Of a stretch of 37,155 nucleotides of DNA, positions 18,163-26,443 are shown piece after piece. This stretch comes from a virus (Duplodnaviria; Caudoviricetes). The notes under the pieces are model-generated. The model was not told the DNA's origin, searched no databases, and saw nothing but the letters and a program-made list of their open reading frames with translations. The DNA lies in IMG/VR virus record IMGVR_UViG_3300025018_000302, positions 1 to 37,155 of that record. One strand, given 5' to 3'. Position numbers and translations under genes: made by a program. Within the stretch, counting starts at the first letter, position 1; each line of letters starts with the position of its first letter.

Positions 18163-18831
18163 TTACTTATAAAGGAAAGTGATATCAGTCGTTCCACCTT
18201 CAGTGAAATAAAGACCATTTGCGAAATCAATCGGTGCAGGGAACAACACAACCTGTGAACCAGCCGGCAAAGTGTATGTGTTCACTAATAAACGATTTTC
18301 ATCAACACCGGATTCCAAAGTTACCGCACCCCATGAAGCATTTGCACCATCAGTGGTTGTTGCAATGTCATTCCCCGCAACACCAATGTCACGAGCTTCA
18401 ACGGTCTGTTCAGTATCACTATTTGTGGTTGCTGTAACAGTTGGGTGTGGCACAGTACCGGTTGAATAGTTTGTTCCTTCACCCTCACCACCGCCTTCAG
18501 TGTCACCTTGATTGATAGCTTGCTTCAAGTTATCAAGTGTTTCAGCAAGTGTGCCAATCAACCCTTCATTCGGTACAGCATCGCCGGTGTCTTCAGAAAG
18601 AGCATCAACCATCGTATAGGTTGTATTATCAATAGTGACAACTTCCCCATCAGTAAATACACCTGTACCAGTTAAGACACCAGTGGCTTTAACGCCGGCA
18701 CTTGTTGTTCCATCAAGACCATCATTCAAACGGACAGTTCCGCTTGTGTGCGAGTTCACAATGAATCCAAACACCTGACCAACGCCGGTTTGAATCAAAG
18801 CTGAAGCAGTAAGATTTTTAAATAACGCCAT
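18163..18831 (-). CDS. Putative virion structural protein
   Basis: Thr/Gly-rich 222 aa protein between terL and portal. Confidence 0.5.
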   Translation of the reverse strand: MALFKNLTASALIQTGVGQVFGFIVNSHTSGTVRLNDGLDGTTSAGVKATGVLTGTGVFTDGEVVTIDNTTYTMVDALSEDTGDAVPNEGLIGTLAETLDNLKQAINQGDTEGGGEGEGTNYSTGTVPHPTVTATTNSDTEQTVEARDIGVAGNDIATTTDGANASWGAVTLESGVDENRLLVNTYTLPAGSQVVLFPAPIDFANGLYFTEGGTTDITFLYK

Positions 18832-18880
18832 GTTTAATTAAATTAATTAATGAGTAAACCTTTTTTAAAATTATAGCACA

Positions 18881-20338
18881 TCACTTTGTGCTATTTGCAA
18901 CCATGTTCGCACGATTCCTGTTGAATTGTGATCGTTGCTTCGAACGTGCTTCTTCTCTTTGTTCTGAAGAACGTGGATTGACCTTATTCCGAACCACAAG
19001 ATACATTCGCATAATCCATGTATCTGAATCATCAGGTGAATGACCCAACGCATCTTTAATATCCGGCTTTTGCGTACATTGTCGCTTCTGATCCGGCACA
19101 GTCGTGTCTTTGTACTGTGCTAACTCTTCAATAATTATATCGTGAAGATTCTCTTCCACTGTTGATGCAATCAAATGATTGTTCACATGGTCAGCAAGGG
19201 TGAAAACACACTGACAACGAAGGTTTTTATAGTCAGAAACCAACACCGGTGCTTTCTTTAATACGCCGGCATTTGGCAATTGCACAATATTTTCATCAGT
19301 CTTAATTGGTGCATACGATGATTTGAAACCAACAATACCTTTAAGCAACGATGATGATGCAACCCCCGCCCCAACACCAATTGCATCAACCACAATATTC
19401 TTGAAAGGAATGTGTTCAGTATTCGCAAGGTCACGGATATCATCAATAATGTTTTCAGTGGTCTGACCATGCTTCTTGATACGCTTGTATTCAGTCAAAC
19501 CATCCCACAATGAATAAACAGTGGCATCTTCCCCATCATCAGAGATATCCACAATGAGTGATTTTGTACCATCAGAATCAACTGTGTTGGTGAACACATC
19601 AATCAAAGCTTCCTGATCGAACAAGATTGTTGGGTCATTATCAAACTCCCAATCACCATCTTTCAAACGCTTACGAGTTTTAACATCTGAAATTTCATTC
19701 AGGTTTTCTTCATACTCTTCAGCGGTGTGTGGATTGTCTGAATACAATGATTGAAGGAAACGATAGTTATCAGGAAGAGTCTTCTTCTTCCACCGGATAT
19801 AAAACACACGATACAGCCAACCTTTGTTTGGGTTACAAGTAAGAAGCAACTTTGACTTGATGCCATAGTCTTTATTCATGTGTCGCCCAATACGAGATTT
19901 CAAAACATCAAATGCTTTGAAGGTTGTTTCACCAGCTTCTTCAATCCAACCGCCGGTGTATTCAGTCGAACCAAAGCGTTCAAAATCAGGGTCACGAGGT
20001 ATTTCATCAATATCCAAAAGGTCAATACGAGATCCATTCTTAAACTCAATATAGTTGTACTGACCATTTAACTTCCAATCACTATCAGGAATCTTATGAT
20101 ACTTACAAACCTTTTTGAATGTGATGAATGATGAAGCCATTAATCGCTTCAACTCTTTACGAGCAATAAACCATTTCGTGTTCGGATAGAAATAACATTG
20201 AGTGATCAACCATTCACAACCAAGCCATGACTTACCACCACCCGCCCCACCACCAAAAAGCAAATACTTGGTTGTTGTGTCTTTCAAATACTGCCACGCA
20301 AAATGCTGTTTCAGGGTTGGTTTAATCGTTGGCTTCAT
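18881..20338 (-). CDS. terL: Terminase large subunit
   Basis: Walker A GGGAGGGKS, Walker B GGWIEEA, LLTCNP, DNPH; nuclease VDIS..GED, VVDAIGVG and SPDDSD motifs; start reset to the MKPTIK ATG at 20338. Confidence 0.93.
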   Translation of the reverse strand: MKPTIKPTLKQHFAWQYLKDTTTKYLLFGGGAGGGKSWLGCEWLITQCYFYPNTKWFIARKELKRLMASSFITFKKVCKYHKIPDSDWKLNGQYNYIEFKNGSRIDLLDIDEIPRDPDFERFGSTEYTGGWIEEAGETTFKAFDVLKSRIGRHMNKDYGIKSKLLLTCNPNKGWLYRVFYIRWKKKTLPDNYRFLQSLYSDNPHTAEEYEENLNEISDVKTRKRLKDGDWEFDNDPTILFDQEALIDVFTNTVDSDGTKSLIVDISDDGEDATVYSLWDGLTEYKRIKKHGQTTENIIDDIRDLANTEHIPFKNIVVDAIGVGAGVASSSLLKGIVGFKSSYAPIKTDENIVQLPNAGVLKKAPVLVSDYKNLRCQCVFTLADHVNNHLIASTVEENLHDIIIEELAQYKDTTVPDQKRQCTQKPDIKDALGHSPDDSDTWIMRMYLVVRNKVNPRSSEQREEARSKQRSQFNRNRANMVANSTK

Positions 20339-20771
20339 CAGGCTGTATGTAGTTAAAACCTTTGATTGGTTCACCACCTGATGTGATATCGGTTTCAGTC
20401 TTCTCAACCATTCCATGATTAGCTGAAAGAATCAGCTTCGCAATCGTTGGATTGTAGTGACCACCCAATGCCCCATCAACCAATCGTCTTCGCTGTTCGA
20501 CAATTATTTTTCCCAAAGACTTGGAAAATTCAGGATATTTATCCTTCCATTCATAGATTGTAGATTCATTAACACCAATAAAATCAGCAAACTTATCGAT
20601 AGTCGGTAAATTAACATGAACCAATCGTTCATAAGTATCAGACTTCAAGCCTTGTGTTTTGTGATAGTCCTCAATCGTATCCTTACACCCCTGAAGATAC
20701 TCATCAACCTTTCCACACATTGCTTCAGTGTATTTAGTTGGTCTTCCAACTTTGTTCTTAGTAGTTGCCAT
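20322..20771 (-). CDS. terS: Terminase small subunit (P22 gp3-like)
   Basis: GRPTKY, HTH-like LPTIDKFADFIGVNESTIYEW..YPEFS, IAKLILSANHG; overlaps terL start; start reset to the MATTK ATG. Confidence 0.85.
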   Translation of the reverse strand: MATTKNKVGRPTKYTEAMCGKVDEYLQGCKDTIEDYHKTQGLKSDTYERLVHVNLPTIDKFADFIGVNESTIYEWKDKYPEFSKSLGKIIVEQRRRLVDGALGGHYNPTIAKLILSANHGMVEKTETDITSGGEPIKGFNYIQPDEAND

Positions 20772-20778
20772 TGAAAAA

Positions 20779-20787
20779 ATTATAACA
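20779..20787 (-). promoter_or_regulatory. Extended -10 promoter for terS (leaderless)
   Basis: TGTTATAAT on the minus strand, 7 nt before the ATG at 20771. Confidence 0.6.
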
Positions 20788-20870
20788 CACACTTCCCCAC
20801 TACAATTCCGATAAGAAGGAAGCCAATTGTTGACAATCCATCATTTTAATTTCAGGGTGTGGACAATTCA

Positions 20871-20899
20871 TTGACAAAACCGTTAGCAAGAGATAAACT
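20871..20899 (+). promoter_or_regulatory. Sigma70-type promoter
   Basis: TTGACA-N17-TAAACT. Confidence 0.65.
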
Positions 20900-21025
20900 G
20901 GCTCTAGCAGTCATGCTTTAGGGGTATAAAACTTATACCCCATAGGCATAAGCTAAAAGCGAAGCCAAAACTAATTTTTTTTTGAAATGGCGTTGCTAAG
21001 GAAACTATTCAATAATAGGTGAATT

Positions 21026-21553
21026 ATGTCAAAATACGATCACGAAAAAATGACTAAAATCCGACTCGATGGATTGATGTCTGAAGAAGATGAAGAAGCT
21101 TTGGCACTCGCCATTGCTTCTTGGAATACAAAAAAACAAGAAGAAATTTATTTAAAATACGCTGACAAATTCAAAGAAGAAGAACCGGAAGATAATGAAG
21201 AAGTAACTGAAGATGGTAACGAACCAAAGAAAATAAATAAGAAAAATCTTCTTGTTTATAATCAATTCCGCAAAACACTTAAAGTTTCAATGATAAAAGA
21301 AGAGGTGATTGAAGAACACAACTTCACCTGTTTCATGTGCAAGCATCAATACCCCAACAGGGATGATTTCAAACGAAAACATCCCAAAACCACCTATCCT
21401 TTATATATCCGGTCACTCATCGACATTCCCCGATATATTGAAGTCAACAAAATTCTTACTGTGCAAGGATGCCTTGATTCCCCTGATCTTCGCAATAAGA
21501 TGTACTACCTACCCATTTGCCTTGACTGCAAGCCGTCACGCTTCGCTAAATAA
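21026..21553 (+). CDS. Hypothetical protein with CxxC...CxxC (HNH-like zinc site, catalytic residues not evident)
   Basis: CFMC and CLDC motifs; acidic N-terminus. Confidence 0.6.
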   Translation: MSKYDHEKMTKIRLDGLMSEEDEEALALAIASWNTKKQEEIYLKYADKFKEEEPEDNEEVTEDGNEPKKINKKNLLVYNQFRKTLKVSMIKEEVIEEHNFTCFMCKHQYPNRDDFKRKHPKTTYPLYIRSLIDIPRYIEVNKILTVQGCLDSPDLRNKMYYLPICLDCKPSRFAK

Positions 21554-21554
21554 T

Positions 21555-21785
21555 ATGATTTGGAACAGATTAAAGAGTTATAAATGTCCTAAAGACAACG
21601 CACCATTAAAAGATGTGGGGCAATATCACTCTTGTACCAAGTGCATATTCAGTATTAATAAAGTAAAATTTGATGAAATCGTAAGTGACAAGTACAAACC
21701 AAAAAGAGAACAGACGGAAGAAGAAAGATTGTTTGAACTAAATAATTTTGATAGAAAAGAAATTAGTGAAAGCTTTTTAGACTAA
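21555..21785 (+). CDS. Small zinc-ribbon protein
   Basis: MIWNRLKSYKCPKD...YHSCTKCIFSI; ATG 1 nt after previous stop. Confidence 0.6.
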   Translation: MIWNRLKSYKCPKDNAPLKDVGQYHSCTKCIFSINKVKFDEIVSDKYKPKREQTEEERLFELNNFDRKEISESFLD

Positions 21786-21789
21786 CCAA

Positions 21790-22213
21790 CTAAAACACCA
21801 CAATCATTGAATCGTGCATCCCTTTTCCTTTGGTGGTGTATTCACCTTTAGTGTTATATCCTAAGAATGAAACACGCCCACGCAAAAACCTGATTTCTTT
21901 TTTGTTTGGCAAAATCACATCGTGAAAGATTTTGGTACTTGTGCTGACTGGTAACAACATCACACATGTCTTCCCTTTTTTACTCTCTTCAACAGCTTTA
22001 AGAATAAAAGCTTCTTTCAATTTACGACTGTATGGCGGGTTGATGTAGTTGCACCCCCCCCCATTCAATAAGCAAACCGTCTTTATCTGGTGGAATTTCA
22101 CCTTCAAAAAGTGGGCAGGGATCAAAATCAAAATGAAATTCATCATCAAGTTGTTTATATAATTCAGGCGGTGTCGCCCATTGGTCACTATGGTCTAAGT
22201 TTCTATTTTTCAT
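21790..22213 (-). pseudogene. Phage N6-adenine DNA methyltransferase, frameshifted in a G9 tract (possibly phase-variable)
   Basis: N-half SDQWATP...FDFDPCP...DGLLIEWGG in one frame; C-half NYINPPYS...CVMLLP...EIRFLRGRVSF...SMIVVF in another; C9 run at 22054-22062 (+); G8 restores the frame. Confidence 0.88.
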
Positions 22214-22216
22214 ATC

Positions 22217-23464
22217 TTAAAAATCCTCATCATTACCTGTTGTTTCAGCCCCTTCTTCAACAGTGATGGTTCGATCCTTCAAGTTTACACTTTCTTTAAT
22301 TTCAGAAATCCTTCGAAGCACCTTCCAGTCACTTTCTTTGGCTAGTGACCACATCAAACTGTTTCCACTTTGATCAGCATCACGAGTGAGAATCCCCACC
22401 GCACTTAGGTTCTGAAGAATGTTCTTGGTGACATTGGTATCAAGCCCCACTTCATCAGCCACAACCGATGTTCGGATCTGAAGCCCGAAGTCATGCTTTG
22501 CAATGATATCAAGGCACGCCCGCTTTTCTTCATTCGCAAGGCTATATGCACACCAATCAAGGATGTGCAGAAATTCATCAGTCAGTTCAGTTGTTTTGTT
22601 CTCATGATATGAAATAGCCATCAGTCCTTTGGCGATGTTACTCAACTGTAAAGCCACACGCATTGGCATCGCCGGCACAGGAATATTGGTGATTACTTCC
22701 CCTTTCCAGTCTTTCTTTGCCACTGTGCGGATGCGTTCAGCAAGCATAGCAACTTCAATAATTCTGTTCTTAACGGCATCGGACAGCGTGAAGTCCACTT
22801 CATTTTCTTCAAGCGTTTCCCCAACACTCATCATATAATCCCGATACAAACCGCTAAGAAGATCATCAAGATCAGAACCAAAGACGGTTCGGTTCAAGGC
22901 AATTCTTGTTGCTTTTTCGGGGTCATATTCCTTCATTCGATAGTATAAAAAGCGTTCACCCATATCAGCCACTTCTTCAAACTTCGCATAAATGGATGGC
23001 GTACTGCCTGAAAGGATGCCGATCTTCCCTTTCCATGTGTTCGCTTTGTTGCTATTACCTGACATCTTGGTCATTTCCCCATCGTAAATCATGCGGAACT
23101 GTGACAAGATAGCGTTTCTGCTTTCAGCGTTTTTCGAGAACAGCACAGTCAAATCTGAAATAGCGATGATGCCCCGCTTACCGATGCGGTGAAGCAATGA
23201 GTTTTTTTCATCACCTTGTTTAGCCGAAAGGAAGGTGTTTTCAGTGAGATCATCAACACGATGGATAAACTTTTCATTCGTTAGCGATAGCGGTCTTAGA
23301 ATCTGTGACTTACCGCCTGAAGAAGCACCGATGATTACAATCCAAATGGGATCACCCACCTGTTGCTGTGTGGCAATTAATGAAGCCAGTGTTAAATCAA
23401 TCACTGAAGTGTCTTCAAAGTATTGATACTTTTGTATTTCTTTTTTAAGGTTTTTTAGCTTCAT
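22217..23464 (-). CDS. P-loop ATPase, putative replicative helicase (AAA+-like)
   Basis: IIGASSGGKSQ Walker A, IIAISDL, FRMIYDG, MGERFL arginine-finger-like motif, C-terminal wHTH-like region; co-operonic with primase. Confidence 0.65.
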   Translation of the reverse strand: MKLKNLKKEIQKYQYFEDTSVIDLTLASLIATQQQVGDPIWIVIIGASSGGKSQILRPLSLTNEKFIHRVDDLTENTFLSAKQGDEKNSLLHRIGKRGIIAISDLTVLFSKNAESRNAILSQFRMIYDGEMTKMSGNSNKANTWKGKIGILSGSTPSIYAKFEEVADMGERFLYYRMKEYDPEKATRIALNRTVFGSDLDDLLSGLYRDYMMSVGETLEENEVDFTLSDAVKNRIIEVAMLAERIRTVAKKDWKGEVITNIPVPAMPMRVALQLSNIAKGLMAISYHENKTTELTDEFLHILDWCAYSLANEEKRACLDIIAKHDFGLQIRTSVVADEVGLDTNVTKNILQNLSAVGILTRDADQSGNSLMWSLAKESDWKVLRRISEIKESVNLKDRTITVEEGAETTGNDEDF

Positions 23465-23892
23465 GTAGTTGTTTTGTTTTGCAACGCCTGAACAGCCTGA
23501 ATGCGATTTGTGAAGAAGTTGCCTTTAGTGATGCGTTCATTGTGACTCTTTGATCTTCCATAAGTTGCGATCTGCACCGCTTTCTGGTCATTAATGAACC
23601 AATACTGCATACCCGCCGGATGCTTCATTTCAACAGTGTCCTTCCGTACTCGTGGCGGTCTTTTTTCAGCCAACAGGGTCTTTTGCTCATGCTTTAGGGC
23701 TTGCCGAACGATTAACCATTTATTCAAAGACACAACCGGTGAGCCTGTCCAAAATTGCTTTGATGCCTGTGTTAGTTTTTGGCTATCATCAAAAGTCCAT
23801 TCACTGTGTCGTTCACCAATAACACGCACCTTTGAGTGTTTGAATCCTTTTATGTTAAGGAAGACGGCTTCATCAAGGTTTTGTGTTTTCAT
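23461..23892 (-). CDS. Hypothetical protein
   Basis: ATGA overlap with helicase gene. Confidence 0.65.
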   Translation of the reverse strand: MKTQNLDEAVFLNIKGFKHSKVRVIGERHSEWTFDDSQKLTQASKQFWTGSPVVSLNKWLIVRQALKHEQKTLLAEKRPPRVRKDTVEMKHPAGMQYWFINDQKAVQIATYGRSKSHNERITKGNFFTNRIQAVQALQNKTTT

Positions 23893-23894
23893 GA

Positions 23895-24251
23895 TTAAAA
23901 TGGTTGGCTGTTATCTCGATGATAAATATTTTCAGCATGGTCAACCCATTCAAGGTTATCAATACTGTTGCACAATCGATTCTTGTTTTTATGATTCACA
24001 AAATCTTTTCCTTCAACCTTTTCAATGAAGTGGAAGGCAACTAGTCGATGAACATAAAACTTCTGATACAGTGATGGCTTACGAAGCCAAATGACTTGAT
24101 ATCCGTTGGTGTGAACTATCAGGGTCATTATTCTTTCTTCCCAACAATAGTTATTGTGTGGGTTGCACTTACGCAATGATTTCACATTACCCAAGTTACT
24201 AACTTGATATAGACCTTCGAAACCAATAACGTCTTTCCAAATTTCAGACAT
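23895..24251 (-). CDS. NUMOD4-HNH homing endonuclease
   Basis: EIWKDVIGFEGLYQVSNLGNVKS (NUMOD4); HRLVAFHFI...VNHKNKNRLCNSIDNLEWV (HNH_3). Confidence 0.92.
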   Translation of the reverse strand: MSEIWKDVIGFEGLYQVSNLGNVKSLRKCNPHNNYCWEERIMTLIVHTNGYQVIWLRKPSLYQKFYVHRLVAFHFIEKVEGKDFVNHKNKNRLCNSIDNLEWVDHAENIYHRDNSQPF

Positions 24252-24252
24252 A

Positions 24253-25176
24253 TTATAAATTTCTCAATTCCTTCACCGCATCTTTGAAAGACACATTGAA
24301 TTTCTTCTGATAAATATCAACCGCATCGTAAGACTTCCCACACCCACCGAAACAGTAAGTGGTGTTGGTTGCTTCATAGTAGTGCAATGATGGGGTCTTC
24401 TCATTATGAAAAGGACACATCGCTTTTTTCTCACGATTAAATTCCAAGATTTGCGGGATCGGGTAAGCTTTAGCGATTTCAATATCAGACCCAAACTCCT
24501 TATCGGTTCTGATTACCTTTTTTCTTCGTTCCACTTCTTCAGCCTGATTAATAATCGCATCATGAAACCATGTTGACTTCCACATGCTGATTCGCTCATT
24601 GCGATCATCTTCCACATCATCAATTACTTTTGCTGTACGAATGAGTTTGTGCAGATCCCCGCCACTCATTACATAGTCACTAATGTCTTTCACACCGGTG
24701 CGTTCCGGTAAGAACATCATCTTGCATTTGCCTTCAAACATTTTGAAGACCTTCGCCATTCCTTCACCGCCGGCTTTGTCGTTATCGAAACAGACAATGA
24801 CAGTTTTCCCTTCAAGCATTTGCACCCACTCTTCTTGAAAGCTCATTGCCCCACCGGTGGAAGTCACCGCCGGAATATTGTGTGACCATGCAACCAAACA
24901 ATCCTTTTCACCTTCAGTGATTAAAATAGTATCTTCATCCTTTGCTAAGTGCCATCCATAAAGTGTGATCTTCCCGCCCTTGTCGTATGTATATTTTGCC
25001 CCGTTGGTTTGTTCAGGGCTTCGCCGGTATTTGTTGAATATAAAATTGCCCTGTTCATCAGAAACAGGGAAGGCAATCATGCCATCATCGCTAGTGTAAA
25101 TGCCAAAAGTTTCAAGGACTTTTTCTGTGATTTTCTGACCAGTCAACCAGTCACGATGCAATATATTCAAATTCAT
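24253..25176 (-). CDS. DNA primase: TOPRIM domain with C-terminal CHC2 zinc finger
   Basis: ILITEGEKD, VIVCFDNDKAG and KDISD TOPRIM motifs; CPFHNEKTPS...YCFGGCG zinc finger at the C-terminus. Confidence 0.88.
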   Translation of the reverse strand: MNLNILHRDWLTGQKITEKVLETFGIYTSDDGMIAFPVSDEQGNFIFNKYRRSPEQTNGAKYTYDKGGKITLYGWHLAKDEDTILITEGEKDCLVAWSHNIPAVTSTGGAMSFQEEWVQMLEGKTVIVCFDNDKAGGEGMAKVFKMFEGKCKMMFLPERTGVKDISDYVMSGGDLHKLIRTAKVIDDVEDDRNERISMWKSTWFHDAIINQAEEVERRKKVIRTDKEFGSDIEIAKAYPIPQILEFNREKKAMCPFHNEKTPSLHYYEATNTTYCFGGCGKSYDAVDIYQKKFNVSFKDAVKELRNL

Positions 25177-25182
25177 AAAAAA

Positions 25183-25191
25183 AGTATATCA
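25183..25191 (-). promoter_or_regulatory. Extended -10 promoter for primase operon (leaderless)
   Basis: TGATATACT on the minus strand, 6 nt before the ATG at 25176. Confidence 0.6.
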
Positions 25192-25270
25192 CATGAGTTT
25201 TGGATGAAGCTTTGTTGTGGTGGGGATAACGTACACAACGCTAAAAAATATGCTATGATTTATGCACAAT

Positions 25271-25438
25271 ATGTTAAGAGAACGCCATGTTAATTACCCG
25301 AAGCTTTACGCTGAACAGATAAAAGAACTTGCAAGGCAAGGGATGGATCATCAACTGATTATTGAAACATATCAGGTGGTAATGCGTGCGGAAGATGTTA
25401 AGTTAATCTTGAATGAAAAAATATCCATTTCCGAATAA
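25271..25438 (+). CDS. 55-aa protein, possible small DNA-binding regulator; not in ORF track
   Basis: Manual translation MLRERHVNYPKLYAEQIKELARQGMDHQLIIETYQ...; downstream of TGCTATGAT extended -10 (25251-25259). Confidence 0.45.
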   Translation: MLRERHVNYPKLYAEQIKELARQGMDHQLIIETYQVVMRAEDVKLILNEKISISE

Positions 25439-25865
25439 GAATCTGAAGACTCTTCCTGAAGTCAAAGAACACTTTGTTGAACTCGTTTCGAACGCAATGA
25501 ATTGGTTAATGGTGGATGGGTACACATGGTTTGTGTTGATGCCTGATGATGAGAACCATCATAAAGACGACACCGCCGGTGCGTGCATTGTGGTTGAATA
25601 CCCTTATAAGAAGTTTCATATTTCTATCCAACAAAGCGAAATTGATAAATGTTTGGCACAGAAAAAAGATTCACCTTTTTGGAAGAACCTTGAACTAATG
25701 ATGGTGCATGAAGTGATTCACATTATATTGTGGCGATTAGAACACCTTGCTTACAAGCGACACGTTACAGAACAGGACATCAGGGATGAGAATGAAGCAG
25801 TGGTTGATCACCTTGCTAACATTGTTCACACAGCGATGATGGAAGTAAGAAAAAACAAATCATGA
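25413..25865 (+). CDS. HExxH mini-zincin-like protein
   Basis: MMVHEVIHIIL motif and downstream E. Confidence 0.6.
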   Translation: MKKYPFPNKNLKTLPEVKEHFVELVSNAMNWLMVDGYTWFVLMPDDENHHKDDTAGACIVVEYPYKKFHISIQQSEIDKCLAQKKDSPFWKNLELMMVHEVIHIILWRLEHLAYKRHVTEQDIRDENEAVVDHLANIVHTAMMEVRKNKS

Positions 25866-25966
25866 TGAAAGCATTCCTTTGGTACTCCATCGCCTTCTTG
25901 ATCCTTGCCGGCTGTGCATCGCTTGCCTTAAATTGAGTTATCCCCAACTTACGAACAGAACGCTAT

Positions 25967-25994
25967 TTGCGAAATAGTAAAAGTGGAATATACT
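25967..25994 (+). promoter_or_regulatory. Promoter of ncRNA array / DUF2828 operon
   Basis: TTGCGA-N16-TATACT; predicted +1 near 26001, the first base of array unit 1. Confidence 0.65.
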
Positions 25995-26000
25995 ACTTAT

Positions 26001-26057
26001 AAGACGGTAACAGCAACCTCAAAAATCAAATCTGTTAATTTTGAAAAATCCGTCTTG
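26001..26057 (+). ncRNA. Array unit 1: closing stem + AACAGCAA motif enclosing an anticodon-like hairpin (CU GUU AA, Asn-like)
   Basis: AAGACGG/CCGTCTT stem; TAACAGCAA; inner TCAAA/TTTGA stem around TCTGTTAAT. Confidence 0.75.
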
Positions 26058-26075
26058 TTATATATACCGATCAAG

Positions 26076-26189
26076 AAGATGCTAACAGCAATTAAAAATC
26101 TCTCTTTGGAAGAGGTGGCACAGGTTCGAATCCTGTCATGCACTCCGGTGCATGTAGTGTAGTGGTTAGCACGCTTAAAATGCATCTTG
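26076..26189 (+). ncRNA. Array unit 2: circularly permuted tRNA-like (YrlA/Y-RNA-like) RNA with Gln(UUG)-like anticodon arm
   Basis: AAGATGC/GCATCTT stem; TAACAGCAA; TCTCT-CTTTGGA-AGAGG arm; T arm ACAGG-TTCGAAT-CCTGT; closed acceptor CATGCAC-TCCG-GTGCATG; TA; D arm GTGT-AGTGGTTA-GCAC. Confidence 0.88.
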
Positions 26190-26195
26190 ATAAAA

Positions 26196-26289
26196 CCCCC
26201 GATTTTCCCAAATGGTATAGGGATCGGTCTTGCTTAAAGACCTGAACGGCAAATCAAAAAAATTCTTGGTTCGAGTCCAAGTCGGGGGA
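26196..26289 (+). ncRNA. Array unit 3: tRNA-like RNA in normal order, with the array motif replacing the anticodon arm and variable region
   Basis: Acceptor CCCCCGA/TCGGGGG+A; D arm TCCC/GGGA; T arm CTTGG-TTCGAGT-CCAAG; central GGTCTT-GCTTA-AAGACC followed by TGAACGGCAA. Confidence 0.82.
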
Positions 26290-26310
26290 CATTATAAAAA
26301 TAGGTAACAT

Positions 26311-26434
26311 AAGACACTAACAGCGATATAAAAATATCTTAAACAGGCGGTCACAGGTTCGAGTCCTGTCATGTGAAACTTAGTTTCATGTGTAGCTCAG
26401 TTGGTAGAGCATCTGAAAATTAAAATGTGTCTTG
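26311..26434 (+). ncRNA. Array unit 4: circularly permuted tRNA-like (YrlA/Y-RNA-like) RNA, Lys(CUU)-like
   Basis: AAGACAC/GTGTCTT stem; TAACAGCGA; T-CTT-AA-ACAGG-CGGTC; T arm ACAGG-TTCGAGT-CCTGT; closed acceptor CATGTGAAAC-TTA-GTTTCATGTG; TA; D arm GCTC-AGTTGGTA-GAGC; TCTG pairs with CAGG. Confidence 0.88.
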
Positions 26435-26443
26435 ATAAAAAAT

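Noticed and set aside
25997-26185. 62-aa minus-strand ORF
   Set aside because: Antisense to the structured RNA array; no coding support
26001-26434. CRISPR array interpretation of the repeated AAGAC..AACAGCAA motif
   Set aside because: Repeats are degenerate, unevenly spaced, pair with a distant downstream strand and enclose tRNA-like arms; no cas operon is present
26076-26434. Ordinary tRNA gene cluster
   Set aside because: In units 2 and 4 the T arm precedes the D arm and the acceptor stem is loop-closed; unit 3 lacks U33 and has an unstructured 22-nt variable region
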